Assembly (NCBI RefSeq): GCF_001194135.2
Contig: NC_069010.1
Span: 3,369,029 to 3,401,916 of the forward strand
Source of the DNA: Octopus bimaculoides
Lineage: Eukaryota
Length of the DNA: 32,888 nucleotides
Reading direction: 5' to 3'
Below the pieces are notes generated by a model, which was not told where the DNA came from, did no database searches, and was given only the letters and a program-made list of their open reading frames with translations. The translations under genes were made by a program, and so were the position numbers. Positions 1 to 11,278 of this stretch are shown one piece after another; the stretch's first letter is position 1, and the number at the start of each line of letters is the position of its first letter.

Positions 1-260
1 GTGGTGCTGGTGGTAGACATGGTTGTGGTGGTAATGATGAAGATAAAAATGATGACGACGGCGATGAGGCTGGTAGCAGCAGTGATGACAGACGAAACCA
101 TTCACAGTTCCGCATATAACTTTTCCCACGGAAGATGGTTCACACCTTCCATATTGTCGTCTGCTGCAGTCACTTGTCATTTCTTTATTCTTTGATGCTT
201 ATTGTTGTTGTTCTTGTTGCTACTGTAACTGTCGTTTCTATAAATATTCTTTACTGTTGG

Positions 261-497
261 TTTGTACATGTGTGCGTGTGTGTGAGTGTGTGCGTGTGTG
301 TGCGCGTGCGTGTGTGTGTGTGTGTGTGTGTTTGTCTGTGTGTGCATGGATGTAAGTGTGTATTTTCATATATGCTCTCTCTACATATATACACACATAT
401 ACAATTCTCCATCTCTCCCTCAGTCACTCTCTACATATACACACACACACACACACACACAGATATATATATGCACATGTACACACTTGTATAAATC

Positions 498-528
<31 letters not shown>

Positions 529-569
529 TATATAAATATATAAATCATATACATATATATGTGTGTGTG

Positions 570-608
<39 letters not shown>

Positions 609-739
609 CACACATAAAGAGAAATACATATGCATATATGCATACACATATATATGTGTATGTATAAATACATGTGTACACACTCACACACATATGCATA
701 TGTGTATATATATGTATATATGTATATATGTACACACAC

Positions 740-780
<41 letters not shown>

Positions 781-942
781 AACATACGCAAACATGTTTA
801 AACACATGTGTGTGCACATACATGTAAACACACACACACACATATATACATATACTATAGATGCATATGCATATATATATACACACACACACACACATAT
901 ATATATGCATGTATATATGTATGTATGTATATGTGTGTGTGT
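261..942. repeat. Compound (GT)n/(TA)n/(CA)n microsatellite region
   Basis: Dinucleotide runs are directly visible. Confidence 0.95.
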
Positions 943-1616
943 NNNNNNNNNNNNNNNNNNNNNNNNNNNNNNNNNNNNNNNNNNNNNNNNNNNNNNNNNN
1001 NNNNNNNNNNNNNNNNNNNNNNNNNNNNNNNNNNNNNNNNNNNNNNNNNNNNNNNNNNNNNNNNNNNNNNNNNNNNNNNNNNNNNNNNNNNNNNNNNNNN
1101 NNNNNNNNNNNNNNNNNNNNNNNNNNNNNNNNNNNNNNNNNNNNNNNNNNNNNNNNNNNNNNNNNNNNNNNNNNNNNNNNNNNNNNNNNNNNNNNNNNNN
1201 NNNNNNNNNNNNNNNNNNNNNNNNNNNNNNNNNNNNNNNNNNNNNNNNNNNNNNNNNNNNNNNNNNNNNNNNNNNNNNNNNNNNNNNNNNNNNNNNNNNN
1301 NNNNNNNNNNNNNNNNNNNNNNNNNNNNNNNNNNNNNNNNNNNNNNNNNNNNNNNNNNNNNNNNNNNNNNNNNNNNNNNNNNNNNNNNNNNNNNNNNNNN
1401 NNNNNNNNNNNNNNNNNNNNNNNNNNNNNNNNNNNNNNNNNNNNNNNNNNNNNNNNNNNNNNNNNNNNNNNNNNNNNNNNNNNNNNNNNNNNNNNNNNNN
1501 NNNNNNNNNNNNNNNNNNNNNNNNNNNNNNNNNNNNNNNNNNNNNNNNNNNNNNNNNNNNNNNNNNNNNNNNNNNNNNNNNNNNNNNNNNNNNNNNNNNN
1601 NNNNNNNNNNNNNNNN

Positions 1617-2571
1617 CTGTGTGTGTGTGTGTGTCTACACGTCTGTGTGTGTGTGTCTACACGTCTGTGTGTGTGTGTGTGTCTACACGTCTGTGTGTGT
1701 GTGTCTACACGTCTGTGTAAGTGTGTGTGACTGTGTGAGCATGTCCTCATCTGTGTGTGTGTGTGTGTGTGTCTACACATCAGTGTGTGTGTGTGTGTGT
1801 GTGTGCAAGTGTTTGTGTATGTGTGAGCATGTATGTGTGTGTGACTGTGTGAGCATGTCCTCCTATGTGTGTGTGTGTGTGTGTCTACATATGTCTGTGT
1901 GTGCATGTGTTTGTGTATGTTTGTGTGTCTATGTCTTTCTGTGTGTATGTTTGCATGTCTTTGTGTGTGCGTTTGTGTATATGTATGCTTGTGTGTGTTT
2001 GTGAGTGTGTGCATATGTGTGTGTTTGAGTGTTTGTATGTGCACATGTGTATGTGTGTGTGCATGCATGTTTGTGTGTGTGAGTGTGTGTGTCTATGTAT
2101 ACGTTTGTGTGTGCTTGAGTATGTGTATGCATGTGTATCTATGTGTATGTAATTGTGTCTATGCATGTGTGTATATGTATACATGTATTTGTGTGTATGT
2201 GTGTGTGGCAGGGGAGTTTGAGTATGTGTGTGACAGAGATGTTTGTGTGTATATGTGCATGTTTGTGTGAGTGTGTGTATGCACGTGTGTCAGTGTGTGT
2301 GAGCATGTGTATACCTATGAATGTATGTGTATGTGAATGGGTTGTCTGTGTGTTTATGCATATGTGTGTGTCTTTCTCTCTATGTGTGTATGTATCTGTA
2401 TGTATATGTATGTGTGTATATGTATGTGTCTGTGGGGGGGGGACAAAAACCAGTCCAGTATTGTGCAGCTTGTGAATGCATGTCCACGAGTGCAAACAGT
2501 GAACCGTTTATGTGCTCCTGTGCATGTATTGTTTGTGTATGGATACACGCACACACACACACAATTATATA

Positions 2572-2606
<35 letters not shown>

Positions 2607-2880
2607 GTATGTATATATATAGATATGTATATGTGTGTGTATACATGCATTTGCATGTGTGTGTGTGTGTATATACGTATACATTCATACACAGGTTTAT
2701 ACACACACACACACACACACATACATACATACATACATACATATATACATGTAATTATGTGTGTGTGTCCCCATATCTATCCATTTATATACGTGTGTAT
2801 CTCTGCTTATACATATACATCTCACATTTATCCACTTACCATTATCATTGCATATATATATAAATCTGTGTGTGTATAAA
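1617..2880. repeat. (GT)n-derived cryptic simple repeat with a ~24-bp CTACACGTCT(GT)n minisatellite at 1617-1720
   Basis: Directly visible periodic units and degenerate GT/TA runs. Confidence 0.9.
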
Positions 2881-3256
2881 TATTGTATTTAAAACACGGG
2901 TTATTAACTAGGAGCCACTTTCAAATAAAAACTCAAGACAAAGACAGATGCCGACCACACTGTTCTTTATTCAAGGAATGATTCATGACTCTTGGCCAGA
3001 CTCTTTCACTTGTCCTTCTTCAAACAAACAGCATATATAAAGAAAATTAATTCTTCTAAATAAGCCCGTCTTGAGTTGAAAGAGTTTATAAAATCTGTTA
3101 TCTTGAGCAAAAGATATTTCTTCATCTTATGTCTCATTCATTGTACAAATCAGTGTTTCTTGACCGTTTTACTCTTGCGTGACCCCTTAAAATAAATTAC
3201 ATGTCTCAAGGAACCCCTGCACAACAAAAAAAAATTATATGCTGTATCTTTCTCAT

Positions 3257-3655
3257 GAGTGGCTGTGTGGTAAGTAGCTTCCTTACCAAGCACATGGTTC
3301 CGGGTTCAGTCCCACTGCGTGACACCTTGGGCAAGTGTCTTCTACTATATAGCCTCGGGCCAACCAAAGCCTTGTGAGTGAATTTGGTAGATGGAAACTG
3401 AAAGAAGCCCGTCGTATGTATGTATGTGTGTGTGTGTGTGTGTGTATGTGTGTCTGTATGTTTGTCCCCCCAACATTGCTTGACAACCGATGCTGGTGTG
3501 TTTACGTCCCCGTAACTTAGCAGTTTGGCAAAAGGGAATGATGGAATAAGTACTAGGCTTCCAAAGAATAAGCTCTGGGGTTGATTTGCTCAACTAAAGG
3601 TGGTGCTCCAGCATGGCCACTGTCAAAATGACTGAAACAAGTAAAAGACTAAAAC
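3257..3655 (+). mobile_element. tRNA-derived SINE, family A (head, CORE-like segment, internal microsatellite, 3' tail)
   Basis: A box TGGCTGTGTGG and B box GGTTCAGTCCC, then CACCTTGGGCAAGTG (MIR/CORE-like), a (TG)n spacer and the tail GGTGCTCCAGCATGGCC...TGACTGAAACAAGTAAAAGA. About 10 homologues occur in the window. Confidence 0.85.
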
Positions 3656-3682
3656 AGTAGTTCACATGGTAAATATCATATA

Positions 3683-3746
3683 TCATCATCATCATCATTG
3701 TTTAACGTCCATTTTCCATGCTGGCATGGGTTGGACGGTTTGACTG
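3683..3746 (-). mobile_element. Short RTE 3' tail fragment (a similar one lies at 9911-9975)
   Basis: (CAT)n-GTTTAACGTCCATTTTCCATGCTGGCATGGGTTGGACG is the reverse complement of the family's 3' terminus. Confidence 0.6.
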
Positions 3747-3758
3747 CATCTTTCTCAT

Positions 3759-3918
3759 GAGTGGCTGTGTGGTAAGTAGCTTGCTTACCAACCACATGGT
3801 TCCAGATTCAGTCCCACTGCATGGCACCTTGGACAAGTGTCTTTTACTATAGCCTTGGGCTGACCAAAGTTTTGTGAGCGGATTTGGTAGACGGAAACTG
3901 AATGAAGCCTGTTGTAAT
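3759..3918 (+). mobile_element. Family A SINE head
   Basis: Homologous to 3257-3416. Confidence 0.8.
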
Positions 3919-4009
3919 GTGAGGAAGAGATGTAGTTTGGTTTGTTGTGGTAGGATGTGTGAGAAATTTTCTTGTTAAGTGTGGGTGGGACACAGAGTGC
4001 TTCTAGAAC

Positions 4010-4620
4010 TCAGTTTCGCTGATGCGGGCAGGTCTTCTCAAAAACCTCATATCGCCAGACATCTCAGTCCAGTGTCATTTCGTCTGTGAGGCCCAACATC
4101 CTGAGATCAGTCCTTACTACTTCAACCCATGTCTTCCTGGGTCTCCCACTTCTACAGCACCATCCACTTTCAGTGATTGGCACTTCTTTATGCAGCTGTC
4201 CTCATTCATACGCATCACATGTCCAAACCAGCGTAGTCTTCTCTCTTGCATGCTACATTTGATTCCTCTTATGCTCAACTTTTCTCTCAATACATTTGCA
4301 CTTTGTCGTATATGCGCACTGATGTTGCACATCCAACAGGGCATACTACATTCATTTCTCTCCAGTCTGCGCATGTCTTCTGCATTCAGAGCCCATGTCT
4401 CACTACCATGGAGTATAGCCGTTCGTACACAAGCATCATATAGTCAACCTTTCACTCTGGGAGAGAAGCCTTTTGTTGCCAACAGAGGTAATAGTTTTCT
4501 GAACTTCCTCCACCTAATTCTTATTCTAGAGACAATACTTTCAGAGCATCCTCCACCATTGCTAATTTGGTCACCCTGGTAAGAGAAACTATCTACAACT
4601 TCAAAGAGAGCCTCCTGGGC
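4010..4620 (-). mobile_element. RTE-clade LINE fragment (end of RT plus C-terminal domain), decayed
   Basis: Minus translation EVVDSFSYQGDQISNGGGCSESIVSRIRIRWRKFRKLLPLLATKG...LHGSETWALNAEDMRRLERNE...RRLRWFGHVMRM, typical of the RTE ORF2 C-terminus. It has stops and a frameshift. Confidence 0.85.
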
Positions 4621-5858
4621 ATTTAAGAAAATAGTTTGTTTGCATGTGTGTGGTGCTCGATTCTAGCTTTCAGAGAGTCTGAAAGATCATTGAATATTCA
4701 TTCAGGACTTCTAAGCACCATATTCCGTTGATAGATGACAAGAATGGTTGGTTAAAGAGGAGGAAAGGAACCATTGAGGGTGGCTGCGATGATGGTGGTT
4801 GTGGGAGATGGGAGTACACGCATATGTGTTTGTGTGTGTGTGTGTGTTTGTGTATGTGTCGGATTGTATGTGATTGCGTGCAAGTGTGTGTGTCTACATG
4901 TTTGTGTATGCATGTGTGAGCGTACATATGTATGCGAGTGTGTGAGCATGTTTACCTTTGTGTGTTTAAATACGTGTGTGTGTAAATATGTGTTTGTTTG
5001 CATACGTGTGATCCTGGATACATTGAACCATAAGTCGCAGCTTCCCCATACAACTCCAGAGATTATCAGAGACAGTTAAGGGCATAGCTCATAGACACAG
5101 GACAGTGAATAGCACACCGCAACGTGGTACCTATTTACAACTAGATAGACTGAAGTGTTAAACCTATCCAGAGACATTTATAATCCTGTTTTTTTTTTTT
5201 TCAAAAACCGATCGGAATCGCCATCAAGTCATCAGAGAGTTCTCTCCCTTGGACTATTCGACTAATAGAACTTTTTTTTTTCCGAAATGAAATGTTTTAA
5301 TATCTTATATAATTTCTTAAATTCACACCTGCGCGGGTGTGTGTGTTTTAAGTATATAATTATAGAAATATGATTATAATTAAGGTCTACTGGAAAGACC
5401 AGCCACCTACGCTAGAAGTAGATGCCAAATACCTACAATCCACTCTAAAATTTGTTCTCTATATTCAACCACAGGTCGTATGAGAGGTAATGAGAAANNN
5501 NNNNNNNNNNNNNNNNNNNNNNNNNNNNNNNNNNNNNNNNNNNNNNNNNNNNNNNNNNNNNNNNNNNNNNNNNNNNNNNNNNNNNNNNNNNNNNNNNNNN
5601 NNNNNNNNNNNNNNNNNNNNNNNNNNNNNNNNNNNNNNNNNNNNNNNNNNNNNNNNNNNNNNNNNNNNNNNNNNNNNNNNNNNNNNNNNNNNNNNNNNNN
5701 NNNNNNNNNNNNNNNNNNNNNNNNNNNNNNNNNNNNNNNNNNNNNNNNNNNNNNNNNNNNNNNNNNNNNNNNNNNNNNNNNNNNNNNNNNNNNNNNNNNN
5801 NNNNNNNNNNNNNNNNNNNNNNNNNNNNNNNNNNNNNNNNNNNNNNNNNNNNNNNNGT

Positions 5859-5893
<35 letters not shown>

Positions 5894-6399
5894 ACTTCTA
5901 CATAACAGCCTACTAACAACTGTTAGTGCCACTGTCCTATTTATAGGACACCAAGTATTTCCATTTCTTCTTTAAGTAAAGGAGTTTTAATAATTAGTTT
6001 TTTTCATTTTAACCTATTTTCAATCATCTGTAAAAATTTAAAAGTAATATTCAGAAATTTAAATACTCTGGGACTTAATGGGTTAACCCAAAAAGTCTTA
6101 TTGCTTTGTTAGTGAGCAGCTTAAACTTTCTCAAGAACTTATATTAAGCATACATATTACTGGAGCAACAGGAGGCATACCAACCCATCTGGAGCAAAGT
6201 ATGGCCGAATTTGGGGTCTTTGGGAGAGAATGCAAACCCTTAATTCATATGCTACAAATGATCGCAATATCTGGGACTATGAAAATCTTCAAGACCTTCT
6301 TAAAATTTAAAGGATGATGGTTAAAACAAAATACATTCGTTCACAACCTTGCTACCAAGTAGGTAGCCATTCAAGATTTATGCTTTGAACCAGTTCCAA

Positions 6400-7400
6400 C
6401 AGGGAGACAGGTGCCACTTTCAACTCTCCCCTTGATTAATCTGGTCAATTTTCAAGGTGTAGCCTATCTTCTGCAAGTGCAAAATTCTTGGGGGACTAGG
6501 GTGATGCCCTGCCTGTGGCCAGTGCTGGCCATTGGAGGTCTGCTTAGTCTAGATGAGCTCTGCATCTCCATCACACTCAGAGGGGAAGCCAAGGTATGGA
6601 ACTGAGTGGGACTGAGATGTCACTGTAGTAGGCCCCTTGACTCCACAGGTCTTCACAGTCTGTCTTGCCACATAAATGCTGGTCGTTTTGCTTGTCACAC
6701 CAAGCTAAACCTAACTGTTAAGCAGGCCCTGGCTTGGGTTAATATCCCCACAGTTCTGGAGCCAGCGGGATTATCCAGAAGTGATGGGAAGAGACCAAAT
6801 GGTCTTACCCTTTGTCCCTGGGTAAGAGGCGGCAGGTTGGCAGAAACGTTAGCACGCCGGGCGAAATGCTTAGCGGTATTTCGTCTGCTGTTACGTTCTG
6901 AGTTCAAATTCTGCCGAGGTCAACTTTGCCTTTCATCCTTTCAGGGTCGATAAATTAAGTACCAGTTACGCACTGGGGTCTATGTAATCGACTTAATCCC
7001 TCTGTCTATACTTGTTTGTCCCCTCTATGTTTAGCCCCTTGTGAGCAATAGAGAAGTAGAGAAGTAATAGGTAGGTTTCGTATCTGGGTTGTCACAGTCT
7101 GTAACTCTTTTCCTCCCTCCCACATCCTTGAAGCTGCAGTAAATGGAAGAGTCACTGCTTCTGTAGCCAAATGGAACAAAATCCTTAAGTATTAGGACCT
7201 GTCAGTGAACCATTTCTTCCAGCCTGTGGCATCTGAGACGCTTGGAGGGGCTGGACTGCTGGCAACAAAGGTCTTGTCATCATTGGCCTTCCCGAGGTGC
7301 CAGGTGATGCCTGTGAGGGTACTTAGCAGCTTCAATGCCTTAGCCTCTTGCCAGTGTTCGCTTACTTCAGTAGGTTTCCATTGAACCTTGGGGCTGGGCA
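6400..7400 (+). mobile_element. Decayed CRE-like (R2-group, RLE-type) non-LTR retrotransposon 3' region, split by a SINE
   Basis: CHCSRPLDSTGLHSLSCHINAGRFACHTKLN...ALAWVNIPTVLEPAGLSRSDGKRPNGLTLCPWVRG, then the SINE, then RFRIWVVTVC...NKILKY*DLS..HFFQPVASETLGG..GD..E..Q.LS. This is the CCHC knuckle plus restriction-like endonuclease pattern of CRE elements, with stops and frameshifts. Confidence 0.7.
6828..7063 (+). mobile_element. tRNA-derived SINE, family B
   Basis: A-box-like TGGCAGAAACG, B-box GAGTTCAAATTC and central CTTTGCCTTTCATCCTTTCAGGGTCGATAAATTAAGTACC. Probable target-site duplication GTAAGAGG (6822-29) / GTAATAGG (7064-71). Confidence 0.8.
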
Positions 7401-7601
7401 ACCAGCTGAGGCACTTGGTGCTGAATTGACGTGTTTTTTCTTTTCCTTTCTTTTTTATTTTCTTTCTTTCTTTCCTTTTTCTCTTTCTTTACTTGTTCCT
7501 CTTTTTCCATTTTTTTATTTTTGGATATGTATACATTAAGATATTCTTAAAGTAAAATTTTGTCAACTTTTCGTTTATCAGTGACTGATAAACAACTGGA
7601 C

Positions 7602-7896
7602 AAAGCCTAGTACTTATTCTATCGGTCTCTTTTGCCGAACCGCTAAGTTACAGGGACGTAAACACACCAGCATCGGTTATCAAGCGAGGACAAACACAGA
7701 CACACATACATAAACAGACACATACATATATACGATGGGCTTCTTTCAGTTTCCGTCTACCAAATCCACTGACAAGGCTTTTGTCGGCCTGAGGCTATAG
7801 TAGAAGACACTTGCCCAAGGTGCCACGCAGTGGGACTGAACCCGGGACCATGTGGTTGGTAAGCAAGCTACTTACCACACAGCCACTCCTGCGCCT
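7602..7896 (-). mobile_element. Family A SINE (tail truncated)
   Basis: Reverse complement of the head plus part of the tail. The 5' end reads AGGCGCAGGAGTGGCTGTGTGG. Confidence 0.85.
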
Positions 7897-8029
7897 ATGC
7901 ACAAAATAATGATATAACATATGAAACAAAACTGAACTGAGAAATTAAAAAGAGAATTCTGCATACATGCAGAAAGAAAAGAAAAAAAGAAAGAAAAAGA
8001 ACGAATATCAAGGGAGATAACTCTAATCG

Positions 8030-8164
8030 TTACTCCGACGCTTCCATTCATGGTTTTTTTCGCTGCTGCAGAAAAGAAATTAACTGCCAAATGTTTGATT
8101 GCGGAGGTTTGAAGTTTTATTATCGCCAGTAAAAGCAACCGAAAACCTTGATAAATACGTGAGT
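8030..8164 (+). promoter_or_regulatory. Candidate ARMT1 promoter / non-coding first exon ending in a GTGAGT donor
   Basis: Locally CpG-richer unique sequence ending in AATAC|GTGAGT (8159-8164). The ARMT1 ATG exon has an acceptor, so an upstream exon is needed. A second candidate donor is CCGG|GTGAGA at 8605. Confidence 0.25.
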
Positions 8165-8380
8165 CGATTACTTGTGTATGTGTGTATTGCTGTTGTTGAT
8201 GTATTTCAGAACCGGCCAATGTTTCTACTAATTAGACATTAATTAGAAACGAGGATGCTTTCAGCTGATTGCTAAAATGTGTGTTATATATTAGGATGTT
8301 GAGAGGAATTAGCTTGTGCTGTGTGTTTGTGTGTATATATATATAAATATATTTTCTTCATATTCGGGGTGAGTGAGTGT

Positions 8381-8424
<44 letters not shown>

Positions 8425-8764
8425 GGGGGGATCTGAAGTGTATATAATTACGCTTCGTTTGTATTCGACGTGTGTATTATATATACACAACATTCTAAGT
8501 GTACGTAAATATATATACATATGTGTATTTAAAAGTAGATATTTTCTCGGCCCCAAACCATGTTTCTACGAAATAAGACTCGTCAAACTACCGTAAAATG
8601 CCGGGTGAGACCGTAAAACACGTCCCGTGTGATGGTGTCATCATTAAAGTTTAATGATCTACCGAACACTTTGATTACATTCCTAATTAACGAGGGCCCA
8701 AGCTTGGCTGTTTGTTACTCGAGTATAGCAAATGTTAACAGACGCGATTTAGAACAATTAATAT

Positions 8765-8915
8765 TATATATTGGTATCAAATTTCTGGTACAATACCAGC
8801 AAGTTCGAGGCGAGGGACTAAGTCGATTACATCGAACCCCAGTGATCAAACTGCTACGTATTTTATCGACCCCGAAAAGGATGAAAGACAAAGCCGACCT
8901 CGTCAGAATTTAAAC
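8765..8915 (-). mobile_element. Family B-related SINE fragment
   Basis: Reverse complement of the family B core (TCGACCCCGAAAAGGATGAAAGACAAAGCCGACCTCG). Confidence 0.6.
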
Positions 8916-9214
8916 TAAAAGCGTAATGACGAACGAAATTCCGTTAATGATTCTGCCAGCTCACCAACTGTGTTGACATTATACATTAATATTCGAAAGC
9001 NNNNNNNNNNNNNNNNNNNNNNNNNNNNNNNNNNNNNNNNNNNNNNNNNNNNNNNNNNNNNNNNNNNNNNNNNNNNNNNNNNNNNNNNNNNNNNNNNNNN
9101 NNNNNNNNNNNNNNNNNNNNNNNNNNNNNNNNNNNNNNNNNNNNNNNNNNNNNNNNNNNNNNNNNNNNNNNNNNNNNNNNNNNNNNNNNNNTGTATATTT
9201 TGTGTTATAGAACA

Positions 9215-9770
9215 AATAAAAATTTTGTATTGGAAGTTATTTCATGTAAAAAAAATTGTATTTCGGTAATTTCAACCAATCACTGACGTCTATTAAGGTG
9301 AAAACAATTACTGCCGTGGAATGTAAACAACATGTTCTAACGGTGTCATGGGATCTTTTCCCTTGAATAAAATTAGTGCCGTTGTTTGTCAACAACTATC
9401 CGTGTTACTGTTATTTATGACATCGTTCATGCGTTTGTACTGGTTTTAGCTTTCGGGTTTTAGGGTTAGGGTTCGGGTTATGATTATTTTTGCCATAACC
9501 TCACTCATAACCCTAACCCTAAAACCCTATAACCCATAACCCTAACCCTAACCCCCTATAACTCATTACCCCAACCCTAACCCTAACTCTAACTCCCGAA
9601 CCCTAACCCTAAACCCTTACTAGGGAATAATGATCTTGACACTGGCAAAAATTATTGTTTACAAAAACAGCAGTAACTGTATTGAGCTGAATAGACGTCA
9701 GTGATTGGTTGAAATTACAGAAATACGAGAACTTTAACATGAAATAACTTACAATATATAAATTTTTGTT
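9215..9770. mobile_element. Foldback/MITE-like element with ~110-bp imperfect inverted arms and internal telomere-like repeats
   Basis: Arms ~9215-9330 and ~9655-9770 include a perfect 29-bp inverted match (9266-9294 / 9690-9718). The interior has TTAGGG-like (9456-9480) and CCCTAA-like (9495-9620) arrays. Confidence 0.75.
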
Positions 9771-10255
9771 AAGAAGGCTAAGAGAAAAAGATGTTTTATA
9801 TGACACATTCTACCAGTGTCCCAAGTTTGAAAGTGTCTCGTTAAGAAAACAAGTGGCTCCCTTCAGTTCAGAAAGATCCATATATGGATCATATATATAT
9901 ATATATATACACATCATCATCATCACTTAACGTCCGTTTTTCCATGCTCTTCATGGGTTGGACGGTTTGACTGGAGACTTATCTTACAATACAAAGTAAA
10001 TATCTTATGATATTTACTTTGTATTGCATTTATCGTGCATTTACTTATTAATTTTTCTTTATGTGACTGTGGTTTTTCATGGATAAGTTCATGAACTTTG
10101 GTTCTTTTCTCTAAAACTATATATTTATTTATATATATATATATATATATAATACACACAAATTCACACACACATATATGCATGTATGTACAACATTGTT
10201 GTGAGAGCTAAACAAGGTTGCTTTTCTGTTCTTTCTTTACAGCCTTGTTCCAGCA

Positions 10256-10770
10256 ATGGCTGATGAGACAACACCAATTGGCGAGCCCTTGACGGCCAAA
10301 TACCGAAATTCTTTCGCTTACACCACAATAAAAGACAGGTTACCAGTCATCCTGAGCAAGATCGCCGACAGCTTGTGTCGCATGAAAGACCAGGTGAAGG
10401 CAGACTACGGCGAGAAAGGATGCAATGAACTAAAAACCATTATTGGTTGCATGTCGAAGCTGCGAAACGAGGTGCAAACTGACAAAACCCTAAAACCCAT
10501 TGAGGACCAGCGTTCAGATGTCAGCCAATGGAATGATTATCTAGTCGAGGTGAGGAATTTGGCAGCTGGTAATGTGAGCAGCTCTAGTAGTTCTGTAGAA
10601 GACAGTAGTGCCAACGTGTCATGGTTTAACGAGCGGTGGCTGTATGTCGAGTGCTACATGTACCGCCGAGTGCAGGAAGCAGTGGAATTATGCGAAGTGC
10701 TCAACCAATTGGATGTCTTCCAGCAACAGAAGCAGAGCGCTTTGCTCTCTTCGCAACCGGCTATTGACGG
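10256..10770 (+). CDS. ARMT1: ARMT1 / DUF89 damage-control phosphatase, coding exon 1 (aa 1-171 plus 2 nt; joins 12530..13391)
   Basis: Translation MADETTPIGEPLTAKYRNSFAYTTIKDRLPVIL...KLRNEVQTDK...WLYVECYMYRR matches the ARMT1 N-terminus as I recall it (SFAYxTIKDRxP, LRNExQTDK, WLxVECYMYRR). Polypyrimidine tract plus AG acceptors lie just upstream (10241-42, 10252-53). A canonical donor GG|GTAAGT at 10771 falls just before the in-frame stop. Confidence 0.95.
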
Positions 10771-10887
10771 GTAAGTTAGATTTGATGCTGTTTGTTGTTT
10801 GTATATGATGGGGGGGGAGGAGGAGGTGGTTGTTGTTGTTGTTGATGATGATCTTAGCGCTTCACCAATCTTGATTGGAGGAAAATA

Positions 10888-11278
10888 ACACTCTTTTACT
10901 TGTTTCAGTCATTTGACTGCGGCCATGCTGCAGCACCGCCTTTAGTCGAGCAAATCGACCCCAGGACTTGTTCTTTGTAAGCCTAGTACTTATTCTATCG
11001 GTCTCTTTTTGCCGAACAGCTAAGTTACGGGGACGTAAACACACCAGTATCGGTTGTCAAGCGATGTTGGGGCACAAACACAGACACACACATACATATA
11101 TATTTACAAATATACGACGGGCTTCTTTCAGTTTCCGTCTACCAAATCCACTCACAAGGCTTTGGTCGGCTCGAGGCTGTAGTAGAAGACACTTGCCTAA
11201 GATGCCACCCAGTGGGACTGAACCTGGAACCATGTGGTTCGTAAGTAAGTTACTTACCACACAGCCACTCCTACACCT
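10888..11278 (-). mobile_element. Family A SINE, full length, in the ARMT1 intron
   Basis: Complete reverse-complement copy of head, spacer and tail. Confidence 0.85.

Noticed and set aside
135-2879. Many ORFs of HT/CV/YI dipeptide repeats, some spanning N-gaps (also 13541-15471, 18534-19342, 30819-32643)
   Set aside because: They are translations of dinucleotide microsatellites and N-runs, which lack stop codons. There is no coding signal.
2900-3225. Possible hAT-type MITE end (GTGACCCC...GGAACCCCTG) and a short AACTCAAGAC/GTCTTGAGTT inversion
   Set aside because: No matching second terminus or target-site duplication could be identified.
3257-3330. tRNA genes at SINE heads (A/B boxes here and at 6830, 19890, 22830 and others)
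   Set aside because: No complete cloverleaf. Each continues into a SINE body and exists in many diverged copies.
9456-9620. Literal ancient chromosome-fusion site or true telomere
   Set aside because: The arrays are short, degenerate and enclosed in transposon-like inverted arms in a genic region. An element-internal repeat is the simpler explanation.
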